A stretch of 64,000 bases of DNA from Candidatus Parcubacteria bacterium (GTDB lineage Bacteria; Patescibacteriota; Patescibacteriia; UBA1558; GWA2-36-10), in NCBI GenBank assembly GCA_018669975.1, contig JABHSK010000008.1:2622-66621 (forward strand), written 5' to 3'. The notes below the pieces were generated by a model, which saw only the letters and a program-made list of their open reading frames with translations, was not told the DNA's origin and made no database searches. The position numbers and the translations under genes were made by a program. Below are positions 60,922 to 64,000 of this stretch, piece by piece; within the stretch, counting starts at the first letter, position 1; the number at the start of each line of letters is the position of its first letter.

Positions 60922-61401
60922 ATGATTACTTGTAAATTCGAAGATGAGGGTAAAGGCAATTTACGTCACGTAACTGTTGATGCATTACTCGTTGAAGACG
61001 ATAAAATTTTAATAGTTAAAAGATCAGCTGAAGAATTACTTGGTAGTGGTAAATATTGTTTGCCGGGTGGATTTTTAGATCGTGATGAAACAACTAGGCA
61101 AGCTGTAATAAGAGAAATAAGGGAAGAGACGGGTTATAAGGCAAAGGTAAAAGAATGTTTTTTTGTAAATGATGATCCAAAGAGAGAAGGGGAAGACAGA
61201 CAAAATGTTAGTTTTATATATATAATGGAGCCTATAAAAAAAGTTGGTGAATCAGACTCGGAAGTTGATAGTATACATTGGTTTAAACTAGACGAAATAA
61301 AAGACAAGGATAGCTTTGCTTTTGATCATTATAAAACTATTATGCTTTACAAGGCTTACTTAAAAGAGAAATTTGATTTACCTGTTATTGGTAATAAATA
61401 A
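60922..61401 (+). CDS. NUDIX hydrolase
   Basis: PGG.....ET..QAVIREIREETG; AFDH. Confidence 0.92.
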   Translation: MITCKFEDEGKGNLRHVTVDALLVEDDKILIVKRSAEELLGSGKYCLPGGFLDRDETTRQAVIREIREETGYKAKVKECFFVNDDPKREGEDRQNVSFIYIMEPIKKVGESDSEVDSIHWFKLDEIKDKDSFAFDHYKTIMLYKAYLKEKFDLPVIGNK

Positions 61402-61405
61402 ATCT

Positions 61406-61798
61406 ATGAAAAAAATTATTATTGTAGTTGGCCTAATCTTTGTGCTAGGAGCTGGCACAGCCATGGCTGGCACTGGTGAGAAAAATCCATTTGCAGCTAT
61501 ATGGAAAGCTATCTCTAGCTTACAAGATAAAGACAATGAACTAGAAAGAAAAAATAGTGAACTGGAAAAGAAAATTTATTGTTTGGAATTAATTAAAAAA
61601 ACACCTAGCTGGGGACACTCCTCTTATATAAATACCGATATAGTTAATTTTTATGAAGATGCAAAAGAGCGATGGACAGCATGCCAGGCAGACCCAGGCA
61701 CATGTGATTATCCAGGAATGCCTGCAAAATGGGAAACAGCATTTAATGAGTCGCAACCGCTTTACACAAAATATATGGAAGAGTGCGGTGAATTATAA
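61406..61798 (+). CDS. Secreted hypothetical protein with coiled coil
   Basis: MKK-signal peptide (AMA) from ATG 61406. Confidence 0.7.
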   Translation: MKKIIIVVGLIFVLGAGTAMAGTGEKNPFAAIWKAISSLQDKDNELERKNSELEKKIYCLELIKKTPSWGHSSYINTDIVNFYEDAKERWTACQADPGTCDYPGMPAKWETAFNESQPLYTKYMEECGEL

Positions 61799-61816
61799 AA
61801 ATTTAAATTAAGATTA

Positions 61817-62308
61817 ATGAAAATTTTAAAAACAATAGGTATTATACTCGGAGTAATTGCTTTGTTTGTTATTTGTTTTAGAACATGGGTTCTATATACT
61901 GTCTATGATAGAAATTATGACTACGTAGCTGAATATAAAATAGAAAATAGTAACTATAGATATGTTGATGCATCTGATAGTAGTCGTGGTTCTATGTGTG
62001 GCGATATAATTATTTTCTTACCAGATAATAAAAATAAATACATTGATTCATTTAGACTGTGTGAGGATAATGTAAGTGTTGCCAAACAAGAGGGGGATGA
62101 TTTACTTTTTGAAACTAGTTTGGGATTTTATAAAAAAAATATTAAAACTGGCAGATCGTCTTTAGAAAAAAAAGAGTTTGAGACAGAGATAGTAAAAATA
62201 GGAGATACAGAGTTTGTAGCTGGTGGGTCAGTGGGCGCAATTGAAAAAAATAGTTCAATTTTTTTTAGAAAAGTTGTTCCAGAAATAACAAAGCCTTTAG
62301 AGGAATAA
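61817..62308 (+). CDS. Exported hypothetical protein
   Basis: N-terminal TM anchor; operon context. Confidence 0.65.
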   Translation: MKILKTIGIILGVIALFVICFRTWVLYTVYDRNYDYVAEYKIENSNYRYVDASDSSRGSMCGDIIIFLPDNKNKYIDSFRLCEDNVSVAKQEGDDLLFETSLGFYKKNIKTGRSSLEKKEFETEIVKIGDTEFVAGGSVGAIEKNSSIFFRKVVPEITKPLEE

Positions 62309-62390
62309 ATTTTAATTAGTTGACAGTTTTAGCTATATTATATAATATTATTTGAAACTTCGTGAATTCCCCCAATCAAAGGAGAAAGTG

Positions 62391-62630
62391 ATGTTACGAA
62401 GATTGTTCCGAAAAGTATTCAGAAGAAAACACAGTTTGACCCTTTTGGTCAATCAACCGATGCAAGATGCCATCGAAGAGATTGGCCGCAATCAAGGGTT
62501 GACCACTCCCCAGGTTCTCCGTCGATCAATTGCAGTACTCAAGTTCTGCAGGGACGAAGTCAGATCTGGCAAAAGGATTATTATCCGTGATGCCGAAGGC
62601 GAGCCAGTCAAGGAGATAGTGGGTCTCTGA
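62391..62630 (+). CDS. Ribbon-helix-helix (CopG-like) small protein
   Basis: SLTLLV-helix-G.TT.QVLRRSI pattern; TTGACA at 62320, AAGGAG SD at 62379-84. Confidence 0.65.
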   Translation: MLRRLFRKVFRRKHSLTLLVNQPMQDAIEEIGRNQGLTTPQVLRRSIAVLKFCRDEVRSGKRIIIRDAEGEPVKEIVGL

Positions 62631-62666
62631 AAAAAAACAACCCCGTACATTGAGTGCGGGGTTTTT
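62631..62666. terminator. Bidirectional terminator
   Basis: A-tract-AACCCCGTAC-ATTGA-GTGCGGGGTT-T-tract between convergent genes. Confidence 0.8.
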
Positions 62667-62697
62667 AAATTATTTTGCTATGGGATATTATATTGTC

Positions 62698-62931
62698 CTA
62701 CTGTGAGGACTTCGGAGTATACTCGATGGTGAGCATAAAGACGATTTCGGGCTCGAGCTTTTCACGATCACGGACAGTGAGAGCGGTTTGAGTTTTCATC
62801 TCAGTGTCGGGTTCGACATTTTCTTCGATCCATTGGGATACACCATAGTCGAATTCAATTCTTGGATTGGCATGAATTGCATTGGTTTTACCCTGATCAC
62901 AGCGTCCGATAAACGTCTTGATTTTTCGCAT
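62698..62931 (-). CDS. Small hypothetical protein (stand-alone)
   Basis: AGGAGG SD at 62944-39; TTGACA-17-TAAGGT at 62999-62971. Confidence 0.75.
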   Translation of the reverse strand: MRKIKTFIGRCDQGKTNAIHANPRIEFDYGVSQWIEENVEPDTEMKTQTALTVRDREKLEPEIVFMLTIEYTPKSSQ

Positions 62932-63038
62932 TTTAAATCCTCCTAGGGATGAGTTAAATGAACTACAACCACCTTATATAAAATAGTGATATATGTCAAT
63001 AAAAACAAAAGACTGCCTAGTCGGCAGTCTTTAAGTAT

Positions 63039-64000
63039 CTAGATGCTTTCTCCAGCTACAAAACCCGTACTCCAACAAGCTTGTAGATTGTAGCCTCCAG
63101 TCGGACCATCCAGATCTAGGATTTCACCAGCTAGGTAGAGATTGTTGATAATTTTTGATTGCATGGTCTTGGGGTCTACTTCTTTTAGTAGGACGCCACC
63201 GGCGGTGACTATTGCTTTATCAAAACCATATAAAGATTTGATATTTAATTCAAAGTTTTTTAGCAGGTGTAATAATCTTTTTCTTTCTTCTTTGGTGATA
63301 GCATTAGCTGGTTGGTCAGGATTTATTTTTGACAACTTTATTATCAGCGGGATTAGTTTTTTGGGTAGTAAATCACCTAGGCTGTTTCTAAATAATTTTT
63401 TATTAGATTTAGCAAAATCATTTTGTACCCGTTGATCTAGAGTTTTAAAATCTAAACTTGGTTTAAAATCAATCTCTAGTTTAACAGCGCCATCTTTTAG
63501 GGCTAGACCAATTTTTTTACTCATGTCCAATATAATCGGACCACTCATGCCGTCACCAGTAAATAGTGCTTCCCCAAAACGGGAGTCTATTTTTTTATTA
63601 TTTTGATAGATATTGATATCTACATTTTTTAAACTCAAACCCTCTAGCTCTTTGACCAACGATTCTTTGATTAGCAGGGGAGTTAGAGCAGGATTAGTGT
63701 CTACTATAGTATGACCCATGGCAGTTAGCCATTTATAGCCATCTCCACTGGAGCCAGTCATGGCATAGGATTTACCACCAGTGGCGATTAGATATTTTTT
63801 AGCCTGCAACTCACTCTTGTCAGACAATATTATTTTATCGATAACTTTATTTTTAGTGACAATAGATTTAATTTGAACTTTAGTCCTCACCTCTACCTTG
63901 CCTTTGTTTAAATAATCTTTTAGTATAGCCAAAACATCAAGGGAGTTACCGTTTTCAGGGAATACTCGATTACCCCTTTCTACATTAGTCGGTAGATTTC
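63039..64000 (-). CDS. HI0933/BaiN-family flavoprotein, C-terminal part (runs off window end)
   Basis: ATGGKSY..TGSSGDG, GEALFT..GMSGP, VTAGGV, GEILDLDGPTGGYNLQ; the frame stays open upstream (..RGNRVFP..). Confidence 0.93.
   Translation of the reverse strand, partial: NLPTNVERGNRVFPENGNSLDVLAILKDYLNKGKVEVRTKVQIKSIVTKNKVIDKIILSDKSELQAKKYLIATGGKSYAMTGSSGDGYKWLTAMGHTIVDTNPALTPLLIKESLVKELEGLSLKNVDINIYQNNKKIDSRFGEALFTGDGMSGPIILDMSKKIGLALKDGAVKLEIDFKPSLDFKTLDQRVQNDFAKSNKKLFRNSLGDLLPKKLIPLIIKLSKINPDQPANAITKEERKRLLHLLKNFELNIKSLYGFDKAIVTAGGVLLKEVDPKTMQSKIINNLYLAGEILDLDGPTGGYNLQACWSTGFVAGESI

Noticed and set aside
62391-62931. Type II toxin-antitoxin pair
   Set aside because: The genes are convergent with separate promoters and the 77-aa protein lacks a recognisable toxin motif.

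Overview
This is a low-GC bacterial chromosome segment read with standard code 11 (ORFs end in TGA). Gene content, AT-rich or leaderless translation starts and the paralogous 'GRILLQVE..GEAWY' surface proteins point to a Patescibacteria/CPR (Parcubacteria-like) organism; this is inference. It carries housekeeping genes (glyA, elp3, murI, trpS, rnj, secG, uvrA, groES/EL with a perfect CIRCE, ppsA, a CCA-type nucleotidyltransferase, tRNA-Ser(GGA), dnaG, rpoD, typA), envelope genes (O-antigen ligase, frameshifted MBOAT + SGNH, GT-C) and a CotH-VTC-DUF4956 cluster. I saw no rRNA, CRISPR, integrase or transposase. Three observations stand out. (1) Nine scattered genes, eight of them stand-alone and mostly GC-richer than the background, each have their own sigma70-type promoter, a boxA-like leader motif and a Shine-Dalgarno (SD) site, and most end in their own terminator, while core genes (even groEL and rpoD) lack SD sites. 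This suggests a second expression class. (2) A divergent Elp3 / Trm9(ALKBH8)-like pair shares one CATG and suggests a eukaryote/archaea-type mcm5U34 tRNA pathway in a bacterium. (3) A leaderless 24-aa uORF with terminator/antiterminator arms precedes a kinase + HD pair downstream of the tRNA.
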